In this document: positions 1 through 11,663 of the stretch, piece after piece
Layout of the letters: each line of letters starts with the position of its first letter
Position numbering within the stretch: the first letter of the stretch is position 1
Origin: Fastidiosibacter lacustris
GTDB taxonomy: Bacteria; Pseudomonadota; Gammaproteobacteria; Francisellales; Francisellaceae
Reading direction: 5' to 3'
Length of the DNA stretch: 32,000 nt
NCBI RefSeq assembly: GCF_003428155.1
Contig: NZ_QLIR01000002.1
Location: 30,001-62,000, forward strand
Made by a program: the position numbers and the translations under genes
Notes under the pieces: generated by a model
Seen by the model: only the letters and a program-made list of their open reading frames with translations
Told to the model about the DNA's origin: nothing
Databases searched by the model: none

Positions 1-438
1 AATAACATACTAAACGTACAGGTAAGTGATTATCCTGCCTTGTTTGAAATTTGGAGTTGTGCAGTAAAAGCGACACATGATTTTTTGGAAGATAAAGATT
101 TTAATTTTTTTAGCTCAAAGATCATTTCAGACTACTTTCCACAAGTAAAAATGTATAAGTATATATTAGATAAAAATATAGTTGGTTTCATGGGCGTTAG
201 TGATAATCAACTTGAGATGTTATTTATTGATCCAAAATATTTTGGACAAGGGATTGGTAGAACATTAATTGAATTTTGCATAAATGAGCTAGCCATTTAC
301 AAAGTAGATGTGAATGAAAAAAATAATGGGGCTGTTGAGTTCTATTTAAAGATGGGGTTTAGAGTTGTATCACGTCAAGAAGTGGACGGTTTGGGTAAAC
401 CATATCCAATATTGAATATGAAACTAAAGGAAACTTAA
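1..438 (+). CDS. GNAT-family N-acetyltransferase, 5' truncated by window edge
   Basis: Frame is open from base 1 (NNILNVQVSDYPALFEIWSCAVKATHDFL...), then FIDPKYFGQGIGRTLIEFCI acetyl-CoA-binding motif and NNGAVEFYLKMGFRV. The TTG at 40 is probably not the true start. Confidence 0.85.
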   Translation, partial: NNILNVQVSDYPALFEIWSCAVKATHDFLEDKDFNFFSSKIISDYFPQVKMYKYILDKNIVGFMGVSDNQLEMLFIDPKYFGQGIGRTLIEFCINELAIYKVDVNEKNNGAVEFYLKMGFRVVSRQEVDGLGKPYPILNMKLKET

Positions 439-439
439 A

Positions 440-1309
440 ATGAGTAATTTTTTACACCTAAAAACCGAACAAATTACGGCAGTGCCACAAATATTAGTCA
501 CTAAGATGGTAACGCAAGCTTTAGCAGAAGATATTGATCAAGGTGATATTAATGCTCTATTGATTGATGAAAAGGAAATCTCTAAAGCCCGTGTTATTAC
601 ACGTGAACCGATGATAATGTGTGGTTATGATTGGGTAAATGAAGTCTTTAAGCAAATTGATCCAAAGCTTCAATTACATTGGTATTACCATGATGGTGAT
701 AAAATTTTAGCAAATAAAACCCTATTTGAAGTTGAGGGTTTGGCACGTGGCATTTTATCAGCTGAACGAAATGCACTTAATTTTTTGCAAATGCTGTCAG
801 CTGTTGCTACGAAAACGAGGGAATATATTAAAGCAATAGAAGGAACAAATTGCAAAATTTTAGATACACGTAAAACCATTCCTGGATTTCGTTTAGCTCA
901 GAAATATGCAGTGACTTGTGGTGGTGGAGTAAACCACCGAATTGGGCTGTTTGATGCTTTTTTAATTAAAGAAAATCACATTGCTGCTTGTAATCATTCA
1001 ATTATCAAAGCTGTTGAAAAGGCACATGAAATTGCGCCTCATAAATTAGTTGAAGTGGAAGTTGAAAATTTCGATGAATTAAATGAAGCATTAAGTGCTA
1101 AAGCAGATGTTATTATGTTGGATAACTTTAGTATTGAAGATATGAAAAAAGCGGTAAGTATTGCTAAAGGGCAAGCACAGCTAGAAGCTTCAGGTAACAT
1201 ATCACTTGATACGATTTATGCAGTAGCACAAACAGGAGTGGATTTTATCTCAATAGGAGCATTAACTAAACATATTCAAGCGATTGATTTATCGATGCGT
1301 TTTTTCTAA
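440..1309 (+). CDS. nadC: Nicotinate-nucleotide pyrophosphorylase (carboxylating)
   Basis: 289 aa; ALAEDIDQGDINALLI, ILDTRKTIPGFRLAQKYAVTCGGGVNHRIGLFDAFLIKENH, VEVEVENFDELNEAL, GVDFISIGALTKH motifs of QPRTase. Confidence 0.95.
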   Translation: MSNFLHLKTEQITAVPQILVTKMVTQALAEDIDQGDINALLIDEKEISKARVITREPMIMCGYDWVNEVFKQIDPKLQLHWYYHDGDKILANKTLFEVEGLARGILSAERNALNFLQMLSAVATKTREYIKAIEGTNCKILDTRKTIPGFRLAQKYAVTCGGGVNHRIGLFDAFLIKENHIAACNHSIIKAVEKAHEIAPHKLVEVEVENFDELNEALSAKADVIMLDNFSIEDMKKAVSIAKGQAQLEASGNISLDTIYAVAQTGVDFISIGALTKHIQAIDLSMRFF

Positions 1310-1926
1310 TCTACATATCCAGCAATATTTTTGACTGTAAGACTTTTAGAAACTTGACTTTTATCTTTGAATGTTCCTAAAAACTTATCACCAAGGTAGC
1401 TTGTAATCCCCCAGCAATAGTTTTCGTTATGAAAATGGTGACGCATATGCGCACGTTTTAGCCTTTGTCCAACTTTTGTTTTAGGCTGGTAAGCTGGGGT
1501 GTGATGCGCTAGGTGCATCCATTCATAAAATAGATAATATAAAATACCAAAGGTGAACGGCACAAGTGCAACACTAAAGTTCCATGAAAGCAAAGCAAAT
1601 AACACATAGGTTTGGACAAGGTGGAGGATAATAGCAGGCCACGGTGCAAATAACAGCTCAATGTTTTGAGGATATTTGTGATGCGCATGATGTAGGCGAA
1701 TTTGAAAATTACGAAACCAGCCTGGCTTTTTACTGAGTTGTGCATGTAGCAGGTACTTATGTGCATACCATTCGTAGAAAGGTGCAATGATTATTGGTAA
1801 AAATAGCCACCAAAAATGTATGCTAAGAATATCTGTCTCGATAATAATTGCTAAAAAAGTCAAAAAGAAGAACCATAGGATCTGTATCGTACGGTGGGAG
1901 AAATAGACTTTTAAAATTGATTTCAT
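1306..1926 (-). CDS. Fatty acid hydroxylase / sterol desaturase-superfamily membrane protein
   Basis: 206 aa with transmembrane segments and His clusters HEWYAHKYLLH-like, HHAHHKYPQN, HLAHHTP, HMRHHFHNE. Confidence 0.75.
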   Translation of the reverse strand: MKSILKVYFSHRTIQILWFFFLTFLAIIIETDILSIHFWWLFLPIIIAPFYEWYAHKYLLHAQLSKKPGWFRNFQIRLHHAHHKYPQNIELLFAPWPAIILHLVQTYVLFALLSWNFSVALVPFTFGILYYLFYEWMHLAHHTPAYQPKTKVGQRLKRAHMRHHFHNENYCWGITSYLGDKFLGTFKDKSQVSKSLTVKNIAGYVD

Positions 1927-2100
1927 AGTTTAAATCGATTGTTTTTATTTGGTAAGCGATTTTAACAGTTGAATCGTTTGAGTGCTATATGTGTAACAAA
2001 AGCTTACAAGATAGAGAATCAGTTTTTATTGATTTCTATTGAACCGCTTTGATAGACTAATCGTCATAAACATTACTTATATTTCACGGGTAATATAAAA

Positions 2101-2898
2101 ATGTTCACATTAGTAGATACGCTTTTTATAATCTTTTCAGCGCTAGTAAATCCGTTGATTTTGATCTTTTTATTACTATTAATATCGTTGCTTTTAAGAC
2201 GAAAGATATATTCCAAATTGCTGGTGATAATTTCATTAATTACGTTTTATATATCATCTAATGGAGTCATGTCGTCTTATATTTTATCAGGACTTGAAAA
2301 GTATAAAGCTGTCGATGCTCATGAAGTTGCTTCTTATAGAGCACTTATTTTACTTGGTGGTGGCTTAGAGCGACAATCATCTATAGTAACGCCAACGATT
2401 TTAGGGTATAGCAGAATATTGGAAGCGGCACGTATATATCAAATTGCAAAAAATCAAGGTATAAATTACAAAGTAATTATCACTGGGGGAGATGTACGTA
2501 AATATGGTATTTCAGAAGCTCAATTGTATGGTCAGATATTAGAAACATTGGGCGTCAATAAAGATGATTTAATCTTCGAAAAAGAGAGTCTAAATACATA
2601 CCAAAATGCCAAGTATACAAAAGAAATTGTAGACAAACTTCCTTATAAAGAATATTTACTGGTAACAAGTGCAATACATATGAAGCGTGCTACTATTTAT
2701 TTTAAAAACTTTGATATACCAATTATTCCTGCTATTTCAGACAATCCGCAAGCTATCGTGTCCTTTATTCCTAATACTTATAATCTAACGCTACTTAATT
2801 TGGCAATACATGAAAACATGAGCATAATCAGATTGAAGCTATATAATTTTTTAGGGATAAACTCAAAAGAGAATGTATTTTCTAGAGCAGGGCAATAA
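2101..2898 (+). CDS. YdcF/ElyC family (DUF218) membrane-associated protein
   Basis: 265 aa; N-terminal hydrophobic segments, then ALILLGGGLE, VIITGGDVRKYG.SEAQ, ESLNTYQNAKYTKEI, LLVTSAIHMKRA typical of the DUF218 fold. Confidence 0.85.
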   Translation: MFTLVDTLFIIFSALVNPLILIFLLLLISLLLRRKIYSKLLVIISLITFYISSNGVMSSYILSGLEKYKAVDAHEVASYRALILLGGGLERQSSIVTPTILGYSRILEAARIYQIAKNQGINYKVIITGGDVRKYGISEAQLYGQILETLGVNKDDLIFEKESLNTYQNAKYTKEIVDKLPYKEYLLVTSAIHMKRATIYFKNFDIPIIPAISDNPQAIVSFIPNTYNLTLLNLAIHENMSIIRLKLYNFLGINSKENVFSRAGQ

Positions 2899-3003
2899 TA
2901 TATATAGTTGTCCTAATCCATCAAATGGATATAATAATATAAGTCAACCTCCAGCAGGAAGCCCACCTGTAATGCTTAGTGCACTTTGAAGAAGCGTGGG
3001 GTG

Positions 3004-4821
3004 TTAATCTTTAGTGCGAGATGCACGTTTGCGATCGGATTCTGTAAGGAATTTTTTACGTAGTCGAATTGATTTAGGTGTGATTTCAACTAACTCATCA
3101 TCTTCAATAAATTCCAGTGCATATTCTAATGTAAGTTTAATTGGCGGTGTTAAGATGATACTTTCATCTTTGCCTGCTGCACGAATGTTAGTCAGTTGCT
3201 TGCCTTTACAGGGGTTAACCGTTAAATCATTATCACGTGAATGAATGCCAATGATCATGCCTTCATAAACTTCAATAGCATGTCCTATAAAAAGCTTGCC
3301 CCGTTCTTGTAAATTGAATAATGCAAAGGCAAGTGCTTTACCTCCACAGTTAGATATAAGTGTACCATTTTGGCGCGATTCAATTATCCCTTTTTTCATG
3401 GGACCATAGTGATCAAATATTTTATTGATAATACCAGTACCAGAAGTGATGGTTAAAAACTCAGTGTAAAAACCAATTAGACCTCGTGAAGGAATAATAA
3501 ACTCAAGCTTAACACGTCCTTTGCCATCAGGTTCCATGTTTCTAAGCTCACCCTGACGTAACCCCATTTTTTCCATGACGGCACCTTGATATTGTTCATC
3601 AACATCGATAATGGCATATTCATAAGGTTCACACATTTCACCATCGATTGCTTTGAAAATTACATGAGGACGTGAAACAGCGATTTCAAAGCCTTCACGA
3701 CGCATATTCTCAAGTAAAATAGATAGGTGTAATTCTCCACGACCAGAGACTTTGAATTTATCAGGATCATCTAATTGCTCAACCCGTAATGCAACATTAT
3801 GCAATAATTCCTTATCCAAGCGATCTTTAATTTGGCGTGAAGTCACAAATTTTCCTTCTCTCCCAGCAAACGGAGAATTGTTTACTTGGAAAGTCATCGA
3901 AATAGTTGGTTCATCAACAGACAAAGGGGGTAAAGCTTCTATTTTTTCTGGCAAACAGATTGTATCAGAAATGTTAAGCCCTTCAATTCCAGTAACACAA
4001 ACAATATCCCCCGCAGATGCCTCAGGTACCTCTATACGCTCAAGCCCCATATGCCCTAAGATTTGCAGAATACGCCCTTGTCTAGTTTTCCCTTCTTTAT
4101 CAATAATCGTAACCGTAGTGTTGGTTTTAATTTTACCGCGCTTAATACGCCCAATACCAATTGTGCCCACAAAGCTTGAATAATCAAGCGATGAGATTTG
4201 CATCTGGAAAGGACCATCAGTATCTATTTGAGGAGGGCTGACATGATCAACGATGGCTTGAAATAAAGCCTCCATGTTTTCAGTAATGACGTTTTGATCT
4301 AAAGTCGCAAAGCCATGTAAAGCTGAGGTGTAAATAACAGGGAAATCAAGCTGTTCATCTGTTGCCCCCAAACGATCAAATAGATCAAATACTTGATCCA
4401 TGACCCAATCAGCGCGTGCACCAGGGCGATCAATTTTGTTGATCACAACAATTGGTTTTAAGCCACGCGAAAAGGCTTTTTCGGTAACAAAGCGTGTTTG
4501 GGGCATAGGACCATCAACTGCATCAACTAAAAGCAGTACTGAGTCAACCATTGACATGACGCGCTCAACTTCTCCACCAAAGTCAGCGTGTCCAGGTGTA
4601 TCGACTATGTTGATACGATAATCTTTCCACTTAATTGCCGTATTTTTAGATAAAATGGTGATGCCTCGTTCTTTTTCTAAGTCATTAGAATCCATGATGC
4701 GCTCAACTTCCTGATTGCGCACTTGTAGTGTTCCTGATTGTTGCAATAGTTTATCAACAAGTGTGGTTTTACCATGGTCAACGTGAGCGATAATGGCAAT
4801 ATTACGTAATTTTTCGATCAT
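3004..4821 (-). CDS. typA: Ribosome-associated translational GTPase TypA/BipA
   Basis: 605 aa; [16 protein letters not shown] (G1), [15 protein letters not shown] (G3), [13 protein letters not shown] (G4), full-length EF-G-like architecture with the BipA C-terminus. Confidence 0.97.
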   Translation of the reverse strand: MIEKLRNIAIIAHVDHGKTTLVDKLLQQSGTLQVRNQEVERIMDSNDLEKERGITILSKNTAIKWKDYRINIVDTPGHADFGGEVERVMSMVDSVLLLVDAVDGPMPQTRFVTEKAFSRGLKPIVVINKIDRPGARADWVMDQVFDLFDRLGATDEQLDFPVIYTSALHGFATLDQNVITENMEALFQAIVDHVSPPQIDTDGPFQMQISSLDYSSFVGTIGIGRIKRGKIKTNTTVTIIDKEGKTRQGRILQILGHMGLERIEVPEASAGDIVCVTGIEGLNISDTICLPEKIEALPPLSVDEPTISMTFQVNNSPFAGREGKFVTSRQIKDRLDKELLHNVALRVEQLDDPDKFKVSGRGELHLSILLENMRREGFEIAVSRPHVIFKAIDGEMCEPYEYAIIDVDEQYQGAVMEKMGLRQGELRNMEPDGKGRVKLEFIIPSRGLIGFYTEFLTITSGTGIINKIFDHYGPMKKGIIESRQNGTLISNCGGKALAFALFNLQERGKLFIGHAIEVYEGMIIGIHSRDNDLTVNPCKGKQLTNIRAAGKDESIILTPPIKLTLEYALEFIEDDELVEITPKSIRLRKKFLTESDRKRASRTKD

Positions 4822-4976
4822 TATAAGATATCAATTTATGATTGGCTTAAATTGACTAGTGATTGTACGATGCGCCCCAAAATACGCAATCTTTTTTTGT
4901 TAAAATTGCAAATCTTAAAGCGAAATTATGCTATGATGTTTTCGCATTTTCATCAGGTAATTGAGAAACTACAAAT

Positions 4977-5621
4977 ATGACATTTCGTAATTATTCATTT
5001 TTGGATCAATGCTTAAGTGAGTTACAGCATTTTATAAAGTCAGTGGTATTACCTGCCAAAAACCCATCAATTGAAACGCCTGCCCAGAACATTAGTGAAC
5101 ATGATTTGAATGAAAATGAAAAACAACATGTGGCAGGACTTATGCGTGTGGATCACACGGGTGAAATTTGTGCTCAGGCCTTATATCGCGGTCAGGCCTT
5201 TGTTGCTAGAAACCTTGATACAAAGGCACATTTACATCATGCGGCAGAAGAAGAATACAACCATTTATCGTGGTGTGAAACACGTTTAGAGGAACTAGAG
5301 GCAAGAAAAAGTCTGTTAAACCCATTTTGGTATATAGGCTCGTTTACAATTGGTGCGACCGCGGGATTTGTGAGCGACAAGGTCAGCTATGGTTTTGTGA
5401 TTGAAACAGAAAAACAGGTAATGTCCCACTTGGAAAAGCATTTATTGGAGTTACCGATGCAAGATAAAAAATCCAAAGCAATCCTAATAAAAATGTACGA
5501 AGATGAAAAAGAACATGCAGATCAAGCAAAACTCGCTGGAGGTCTTGAGTTACCCATGTGGGCAAAGCTTATTATGAAAGTGCAGTCGAGGGTGATGACG
5601 ACTTTGGCTTATCGAATTTAG
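4977..5621 (+). CDS. coq7: 2-polyprenyl-3-methyl-6-methoxy-1,4-benzoquinone monooxygenase (Coq7)
   Basis: 214 aa; LMRVDHTGEICAQALYRGQA, EEEYNHLSWCETRL, DEKEHADQAKLAGG diiron motifs. Confidence 0.94.
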   Translation: MTFRNYSFLDQCLSELQHFIKSVVLPAKNPSIETPAQNISEHDLNENEKQHVAGLMRVDHTGEICAQALYRGQAFVARNLDTKAHLHHAAEEEYNHLSWCETRLEELEARKSLLNPFWYIGSFTIGATAGFVSDKVSYGFVIETEKQVMSHLEKHLLELPMQDKKSKAILIKMYEDEKEHADQAKLAGGLELPMWAKLIMKVQSRVMTTLAYRI

Positions 5622-5786
5622 GTCTCGTTTTGTCGTAGTTTTTACCCTGTTATTACATAATTTTGGACGCTTTCGATGGGAATCTCTATTTTACAATGCG
5701 CACAATTCAATTTAGCCTGGTAAATTCATGTTGATCCAGTTAGACTGGCTACCATCTGTAATTCGTTTTTTATCCAATTAGTAAGT

Positions 5787-6872
5787 ATGTTAAAACAAAA
5801 GCTACAAGCATTTGAACATTCGCTATTAGACCTACCTGCATGTGTTTTTTTAGAAGAGATGCAAATATTTAAGGAAGATGGTGTAAATAAACTTGTATTA
5901 AAGGTAGGATTTCCGCTAACGCATACTCAAGCAGGTCAGGTCATTGCTCAATTAAGCGACTACTTATATAACAATAACGTTATAGAGTCATTTGAGTTTG
6001 AAATTAGACCAAATATCATTACTCATAAGGTACAGCAGGGATTAAAGCCAATCAAAGGTATTAAAAATATTATCGCGATTGCCTCAGGCAAAGGTGGCGT
6101 TGGGAAGTCAACCACAACGGCTAACTTGGCGATTTCACTCATGAACATGGGGGCTAGCGTTGGGATTCTGGATGCGGATATTTATGGACCTAGTCAGCCG
6201 CTTATTATGGGAAATTACAGCAACCCCATAACGAATGATAAAAAGAAAATTGAGCCGCTTGTATGCCATGGGGTCAAAATGATTTCGGTGGGTAATTTAA
6301 TCGATCAAGACTCCGCCATTATTTGGCGCGGTCCCATGGTTTCTGGTGCGCTTATGCAATTGCTCAATGACACCAACTGGGGTGAGTTAGATTATCTTTT
6401 TATCGATTTACCGCCTGGCACGGGTGATATTCAGTTAACGATGAGCAAAAAAATCCCATTGACTGCGGTAGTTATTGTCACAACCCCACAGGATTTATCA
6501 CTTATTGATGCCAAAAGAGCAGTGGCAATGTTTAATAAACTTGATATCCACGTTGCGGGAATTGTTGAAAATATGAGTATTCATATTTGCCAGAATTGTG
6601 GGACTCAGTCGCCTATCTTTGGGCAGCTTGCCGCAGATAAACTCGCTCAGCAATTTAATATTTCAGTATTGGGTGAGCTACCTTTAGATATTGGCATAAG
6701 AGAAGATGTCGATAGTGGTAAGCCTAGCGCAATCAATAGAGATTCAAGGATTGCTAAAGCGTATAGTGACATCGCATTAAAATTGGCAGTTGATATTGCC
6801 CAATTGCCAAAGGCAATGATGATCAATATGCCTGGGGTCAAAGTTGAATTTAGCGATGGAAAAGCAGAGTGA
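5787..6872 (+). CDS. apbC: Mrp/NBP35-family iron-sulfur carrier ATPase (ApbC)
   Basis: 361 aa; N-terminal MIP18-like domain, IASGKGGVGKSTTTANLA deviant Walker A, DADIYGPSQP, FIDLPPGTGDIQLT, GIVENMSIHICQNCG. Confidence 0.94.
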   Translation: MLKQKLQAFEHSLLDLPACVFLEEMQIFKEDGVNKLVLKVGFPLTHTQAGQVIAQLSDYLYNNNVIESFEFEIRPNIITHKVQQGLKPIKGIKNIIAIASGKGGVGKSTTTANLAISLMNMGASVGILDADIYGPSQPLIMGNYSNPITNDKKKIEPLVCHGVKMISVGNLIDQDSAIIWRGPMVSGALMQLLNDTNWGELDYLFIDLPPGTGDIQLTMSKKIPLTAVVIVTTPQDLSLIDAKRAVAMFNKLDIHVAGIVENMSIHICQNCGTQSPIFGQLAADKLAQQFNISVLGELPLDIGIREDVDSGKPSAINRDSRIAKAYSDIALKLAVDIAQLPKAMMINMPGVKVEFSDGKAE

Positions 6873-9800
6873 CTAAAAAATATATTTACGATCTTCTTTC
6901 AGCGTTGGGTTTTACTGCTGGTTTTGATAAGAAAACCTGTTATGTAAAAACCTATCAGAGATCGAATTATCAAATCACTGTTGATCTTGAAAACGGGCAA
7001 ATAGATTACGGTGAGGCGATTAGAAGAGGAGATGATACAACCTCAAACTTAACTATGTCCGAAAACTTAGTCGTGCTAGAGTGTGTTGACCGACTGCTTG
7101 AAAAGGGATATCAACCAAAGGATTTGATTTTAGAAAAACGCTGGAAGCTTGGGCGAACGGCAAGAAGTGGTAAGGCGGATATTACAGTAGAAGACAAAAA
7201 TGGCAAAACACTGTTGATTATCGAGTGTAAAACCTGGGGTAATGAATACAATAAAGAATGTAAGCATATGCAAACGCATGGTGGACAGTTATTTTCCTAT
7301 TTTCAACAGGATAAAAACGCGCGTTTCCTTTGTCTTTATACATCGTGTTTAGACGCTGGAGCAATTGCATATCAAAGTGCACTTTTAAATGTTGAGGATG
7401 CTACCAGTGAGAAAATAGCACAACAAACAAAAGCTGAAGTGATTACCTATGGTGAGGCTAAAAACGTTCATGAAATGTTGAGTGTCTGGAAATACAAGAG
7501 CAAAGATAAAATGACTTTTCTATACTCTGGTTTGTTCGAGGATGGCATTGAGTCTTACAACCCAGGTTACAGACCGATTAAGATTGCAGATTTAAAAGAT
7601 TTTAGGCAAGAAGATAAAGGCAAGGTATTTAATCAATTTGAAGAAATCTTAAGGCATAACAATATTTCCGATCGATCTAATGCTTTTAATCGCATGATTT
7701 CACTGATACTTGCTAAAATTGTCGATGAAGCAAAAACGGATGATGCTATTGCTGATTTTCAGGTAAAAGAAGGTATTGATGATGCCGAAGCCCTTTTAGA
7801 GCGCTTGCAATCACTCTATGCCAAGGCCATGAAAAATTACCTTAATGAAGAAGTGATCGACTATAAGTTAGAGGACATTAAGGTGCAGATTGCTCATTTT
7901 CCAAGACAAACGGCGAAGGATACGCTTTATCGCATCTATAAGGAGCTGAAATTTTATCAGAACAATGAATTTGCCTTTAAGGAAGTTTATAACAAAAAGC
8001 TGTTTGAAGAAAACGTAAAGGTCTTAGAGGAAGTCGTAAAGCTCCTGCAAAAGTATCGATTTAAATATGATCAAAAAGCACAATTTTTAGGGGATTTTTT
8101 TGAATTGATGCTTGAAAGTGGTTACAAACAATCCGAAGGACAGTTTTTTACGCCAACCCCTATTGCGAAATTTATTGTTTCTTCCATTCCGCTTAAAGTA
8201 ATAGTGCATGAAAAGCTGCAAAATGGGGAGAAACTCTTCTTACCCAAGGTCATTGATTTTGCCTGTGGTAGTGGTCATTTTTTAACAGAAGCTATTGAAG
8301 AAATTGCAACACTCATTCAAAGTGTTGACGAAGATGACATTAAGCTATTGCATGAAAATGATAAAATCGCATTTGCGCTAAAGGAGCTTCAGCATTATAA
8401 GCAAGATATGCGCTGGGCAGGTGAATATATTTTTGGTATTGAAAAAGATTACCGTTTGGCAAGAACCGCACAGGTTGCTTGTTTTATGCACGGAGATGGA
8501 GATGCCAATATCATTTTTGGTGACGGGCTTGAGCAGCATTTAGGTAGGCTTAATAAGCAAAATCGCAGTGGCGATAACACGTTTGATGTATTAATTGCCA
8601 ATCCACCTTATACCATTAAGGATTTTAAAAAACACTTAAAGCTAAATGCGCATGATTTTGAGCTGTGGGAGCATGTAAGCCTTGATTCAGATGACATAGA
8701 AGTGTTCTTTATTGAGCGTATGAAACAGCTGCTTCGCCCTGGTGGAATGGCAGGTATTATTTTACCTAGCTCTATTTTAAGTAACACTGGCGCTTATATC
8801 AAAGCGCGAGAACTCCTTCTGCAACACTTTGAAATAAAGGCAATCGTTGAATTTGGCGGCAAGACATTTGGTGCCACCAGCACAAATACCGTAACGTTGT
8901 TTTTGAAAAAGCGCAGTGAAGATTTTATGAAAAACTGCCGCTATATTGCCGAGGATTTTATTTTAGAAAACAGAAAGCGCGAGGGTGACTTCATTAATTC
9001 GGCAGCACTTTTTGAAAGCTATGTAGCTCACTTGAACTTAAAGATGCTGGACTATCAAAGTTTCATCACTCGCTCACCCAATGAGAGTGTCAGCAGGAGC
9101 GAATTTTACAAAAATTACCAGACCTGGTTTAATGAGCTGACTGAAGTTAAAAACCTAAAAAAGAAGTCAACCTTTTTAAATTTATCCGGAGAAAAACAAG
9201 CACAACGACTTCATACTCTGTTTTTTGATTTTGTCTTAGAAATAGAAAGCGAAAAATTTTTCTATTTTTTACTTACTCATCGGCAGCTGGTATTAAATGA
9301 TGATGACTCCCCTTACGAAGTTGAGGAAATCAAAACGATAGATACCGAAGGTAATGAGCTGATCAAAAGGGTAAAACACTATAAGAAGAAAGCGATACCT
9401 CAGAAAACGCTGCTTATAAAAACGGGGACTAGCAGCAAAGAACAGGAGCAATTTCTAGGTTACAAGTTCAGTGAGCGCAGAGGCTATAAAGGTATTTCTT
9501 TTATGGGTGACACCTTACTGTTTGATGCTATCAATCAGTTAAATCCGAAAAAAGTAAACAGCTACATCTATAAAAATTTTCTAGATGAAAGTCTATCAAT
9601 AGATAAGAGTCTTACTGAGACGATTTCTTTGGTTAGGCTTCGCGATTGTATTAATTTTGAGAAAGTGGAGTTTGATAAACGAATTTCTTCTTTTAATGCA
9701 AATCCCATTATTCTTCAGATAAAATATCCGCAAATACCCTTACATTCACTTTTAACTAAATTAGAAAGCGGAAATAGACCTGTGGGTGGGGTAGATAGAT

Positions 9801-10846
9801 TCTCAGAGGGTATTCCAAGTTTTGGGGGTGAGCATATTGGAACTGACGGAAAATTAAAACTAGACGAGGTAAAATTTGTACCTCAAGAATTTTATGAAAA
9901 TTCAAATAAAGGTAAGATAACAAATAATGATATTTTAATTTGTAAAGATGGGGCGCTTACAGGAAAAGTTGCTTTAGTACCTAATGATTTTAACTATCAA
10001 CATGCAATGGTTAATGAACACGTGTTTGTATTACAAAGTGATGAGAATAAGTTACTGCAAAATTACTTATTTCATTTCCTATATAGTAGCAATGGTCAGA
10101 ACTTATTAAAATCAAACATTACAGGTCAAGCTCAAGGAGGATTAAACAAAAAAAATGTATTGTCGATTAAAATCCCAGTCCCTCCACTGACCATTCAGCA
10201 AAAAATTATTGCTGAGATAGAAGTGATTGATGCTAGAGTAGAAAATACATACAAGCTCATTGAGAAGAACAATGAGCTAATAGCTATACTGATTGACAAA
10301 GATACTGAAATGCGGAAAATTTCTGAGCTTACCCACTTATGCACTGACAAAGTTGATCCGATAAATAAGCCTAATAAAATTTTCAATTATTTAGGCTTGG
10401 AGCACCTTGAAAGTAACACAGGAAGAATTACGAATTGGGAACCAAGCGTAGGCAGCTCAATTAAAAGCACAAAAAACGCTTTTAAAGCAGGTCAAGTGCT
10501 TTATGGCAAGCTTAGACCATATCTAAATAAAGTAGTCATCCCACATTTTGATGGTGTGTGCTCCACCGATATTATAGTCCTTGATTGTGAGTACCCTATA
10601 TTACTTCAACGAGTTTTATTGTCAGCCGAGTTCGTGCGTGAGGTTTCAAAGAAGATGAGCGGGGTCAATTTGCCCAGAGTAAAGGTAAAAGATTTTCTTG
10701 ATATAAAAGTTAGTTATCCGAGAAATCCTGATAATATTAGCAGAGAGCTTGAAAAGCTGGAAATAGAAATCAAGGAACAACAAGAGTCCATTGCAAACGC
10801 TGAACAAGAAAAAAAATCAGTTTTAACAAAATACCTTGAAGCATAA
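6869..10846 (+). CDS. Single-chain restriction-modification protein: N-terminal HsdR_N-like PD-(D/E)xK nuclease, N6-adenine methylase, C-terminal HsdS-like specificity region
   Basis: 1325 aa; [24 protein letters not shown] nuclease motif; [15 protein letters not shown] (motif I) and [10 protein letters not shown] (motif IV) of N6A-MTase; C-terminal HsdS-type repeats, e.g. [37 protein letters not shown] and [33 protein letters not shown] overlap with the apbC stop. Confidence 0.88.
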   Translation: MTKKYIYDLLSALGFTAGFDKKTCYVKTYQRSNYQITVDLENGQIDYGEAIRRGDDTTSNLTMSENLVVLECVDRLLEKGYQPKDLILEKRWKLGRTARSGKADITVEDKNGKTLLIIECKTWGNEYNKECKHMQTHGGQLFSYFQQDKNARFLCLYTSCLDAGAIAYQSALLNVEDATSEKIAQQTKAEVITYGEAKNVHEMLSVWKYKSKDKMTFLYSGLFEDGIESYNPGYRPIKIADLKDFRQEDKGKVFNQFEEILRHNNISDRSNAFNRMISLILAKIVDEAKTDDAIADFQVKEGIDDAEALLERLQSLYAKAMKNYLNEEVIDYKLEDIKVQIAHFPRQTAKDTLYRIYKELKFYQNNEFAFKEVYNKKLFEENVKVLEEVVKLLQKYRFKYDQKAQFLGDFFELMLESGYKQSEGQFFTPTPIAKFIVSSIPLKVIVHEKLQNGEKLFLPKVIDFACGSGHFLTEAIEEIATLIQSVDEDDIKLLHENDKIAFALKELQHYKQDMRWAGEYIFGIEKDYRLARTAQVACFMHGDGDANIIFGDGLEQHLGRLNKQNRSGDNTFDVLIANPPYTIKDFKKHLKLNAHDFELWEHVSLDSDDIEVFFIERMKQLLRPGGMAGIILPSSILSNTGAYIKARELLLQHFEIKAIVEFGGKTFGATSTNTVTLFLKKRSEDFMKNCRYIAEDFILENRKREGDFINSAALFESYVAHLNLKMLDYQSFITRSPNESVSRSEFYKNYQTWFNELTEVKNLKKKSTFLNLSGEKQAQRLHTLFFDFVLEIESEKFFYFLLTHRQLVLNDDDSPYEVEEIKTIDTEGNELIKRVKHYKKKAIPQKTLLIKTGTSSKEQEQFLGYKFSERRGYKGISFMGDTLLFDAINQLNPKKVNSYIYKNFLDESLSIDKSLTETISLVRLRDCINFEKVEFDKRISSFNANPIILQIKYPQIPLHSLLTKLESGNRPVGGVDRFSEGIPSFGGEHIGTDGKLKLDEVKFVPQEFYENSNKGKITNNDILICKDGALTGKVALVPNDFNYQHAMVNEHVFVLQSDENKLLQNYLFHFLYSSNGQNLLKSNITGQAQGGLNKKNVLSIKIPVPPLTIQQKIIAEIEVIDARVENTYKLIEKNNELIAILIDKDTEMRKISELTHLCTDKVDPINKPNKIFNYLGLEHLESNTGRITNWEPSVGSSIKSTKNAFKAGQVLYGKLRPYLNKVVIPHFDGVCSTDIIVLDCEYPILLQRVLLSAEFVREVSKKMSGVNLPRVKVKDFLDIKVSYPRNPDNISRELEKLEIEIKEQQESIANAEQEKKSVLTKYLEA

Positions 10847-10859
10847 GCGAGGAGAAAAA

Positions 10860-11426
10860 ATGAGTATAAAATCCGATAAATGGATACGCACAATGGCAAA
10901 AGAACATGAGATGATTTCACCATTTGAGTCCGGACAAGTACGCCATAATGAGCAGGGGAGAATAGTCTCTTTTGGAACTTCAAGTTATGGCTATGATGTG
11001 CGATGCGCCAATGAGTTTAAGATTTTCACCAATATCAACTCCACGATTGTTGACCCTAAGGATTTTGATCACAATAACTTTGTCGATTTTGTGGGTGATG
11101 TCTGCATCATCCCGCCTAATTCGTTTGCTCTGGCGCGCACGGTGGAATATTTTAAGATTCCACGCGATACTTTAGTCGTGTGTTTAGGCAAATCAACCTA
11201 TGCACGTTGTGGCATTATTGTGAATGTGACTCCGCTTGAGCCTGAGTGGGAAGGGCATGTAACCCTTGAGTTTTCAAATACCACGCCCTTACCTGCTAAA
11301 ATTTACGCTAATGAGGGTGTAGCACAAATGTTGTTTTATCAGTCAGATGAAGTTTGTGAAACCTCATACAAGGATCGAGGAGGAAAATATCAAGGACAAA
11401 CAGGGGTGACGTTGCCAAAAACATAG
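10860..11426 (+). CDS. dcd: dCTP deaminase
   Basis: [96 protein letters not shown] at 10860 has a GAGGAG ribosome-binding site; the ORF track start at 10836 is upstream of it. Confidence 0.95.
   Translation: MSIKSDKWIRTMAKEHEMISPFESGQVRHNEQGRIVSFGTSSYGYDVRCANEFKIFTNINSTIVDPKDFDHNNFVDFVGDVCIIPPNSFALARTVEYFKIPRDTLVVCLGKSTYARCGIIVNVTPLEPEWEGHVTLEFSNTTPLPAKIYANEGVAQMLFYQSDEVCETSYKDRGGKYQGQTGVTLPKT
11345..11426 (+). repeat. Left copy of 82-bp direct repeat (functional 3' end of dcd)
   Basis: agatgaagtttgtgaaacctcatacaaggatcgaggaggaaaatatcaagg (51 bp identical to 15478-15528), then a diverged end; about 8 mismatches over 82 bp. Confidence 0.93.
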
Positions 11427-11663
11427 TAATACTCCTATGGCAGAGAACACTCTACGTGTAGTCATTTCAAGTGAAAGTAAAGTTGCTCTAAACTCATTAT
11501 TAATGGATTGGTTTAGAACATATTGTATGATAGGGGCTTCCAGAAAACTGGTTAAATAAAGTAATATAAAGATGCTGATAGCAAGAATATAAGAGTGTTG
11601 CGTGTAACCTAATACTAGAAAAGAAAGTAAAAACAATATACGCAGCCAAAAGATAACCTGCCA
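11427..11663 (-). pseudogene. C-terminal remnant of an MFS transporter
   Basis: [80 protein letters not shown] on the minus strand; no N-terminal half. It resembles the corresponding part of the intact MFS at 12133-13326. It runs up to the dcd stop, where it appears cut off. Confidence 0.6.

Noticed and set aside
685-1787. Antisense ORFs 685-879 and 1509-1787
   Set aside because: Overlap nadC and the hydroxylase gene; translations have no motif and look like reverse-frame artefacts.
3014-4621. Plus-strand ORFs of 73-143 aa inside typA
   Set aside because: Antisense to a strongly conserved GTPase gene, low-complexity Ser/Thr/Ile-rich translations, no RBS logic; shadow ORFs.
4977-5565. Minus-strand ORF 5383-5565 inside coq7
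   Set aside because: Antisense to conserved coq7 diiron motifs.
10195-11175. ORFs 10195-10386 (-), 10714-10983 (-) and 10972-11175 (+)
   Set aside because: Fully or mostly within the R-M gene or dcd, no independent coding evidence.
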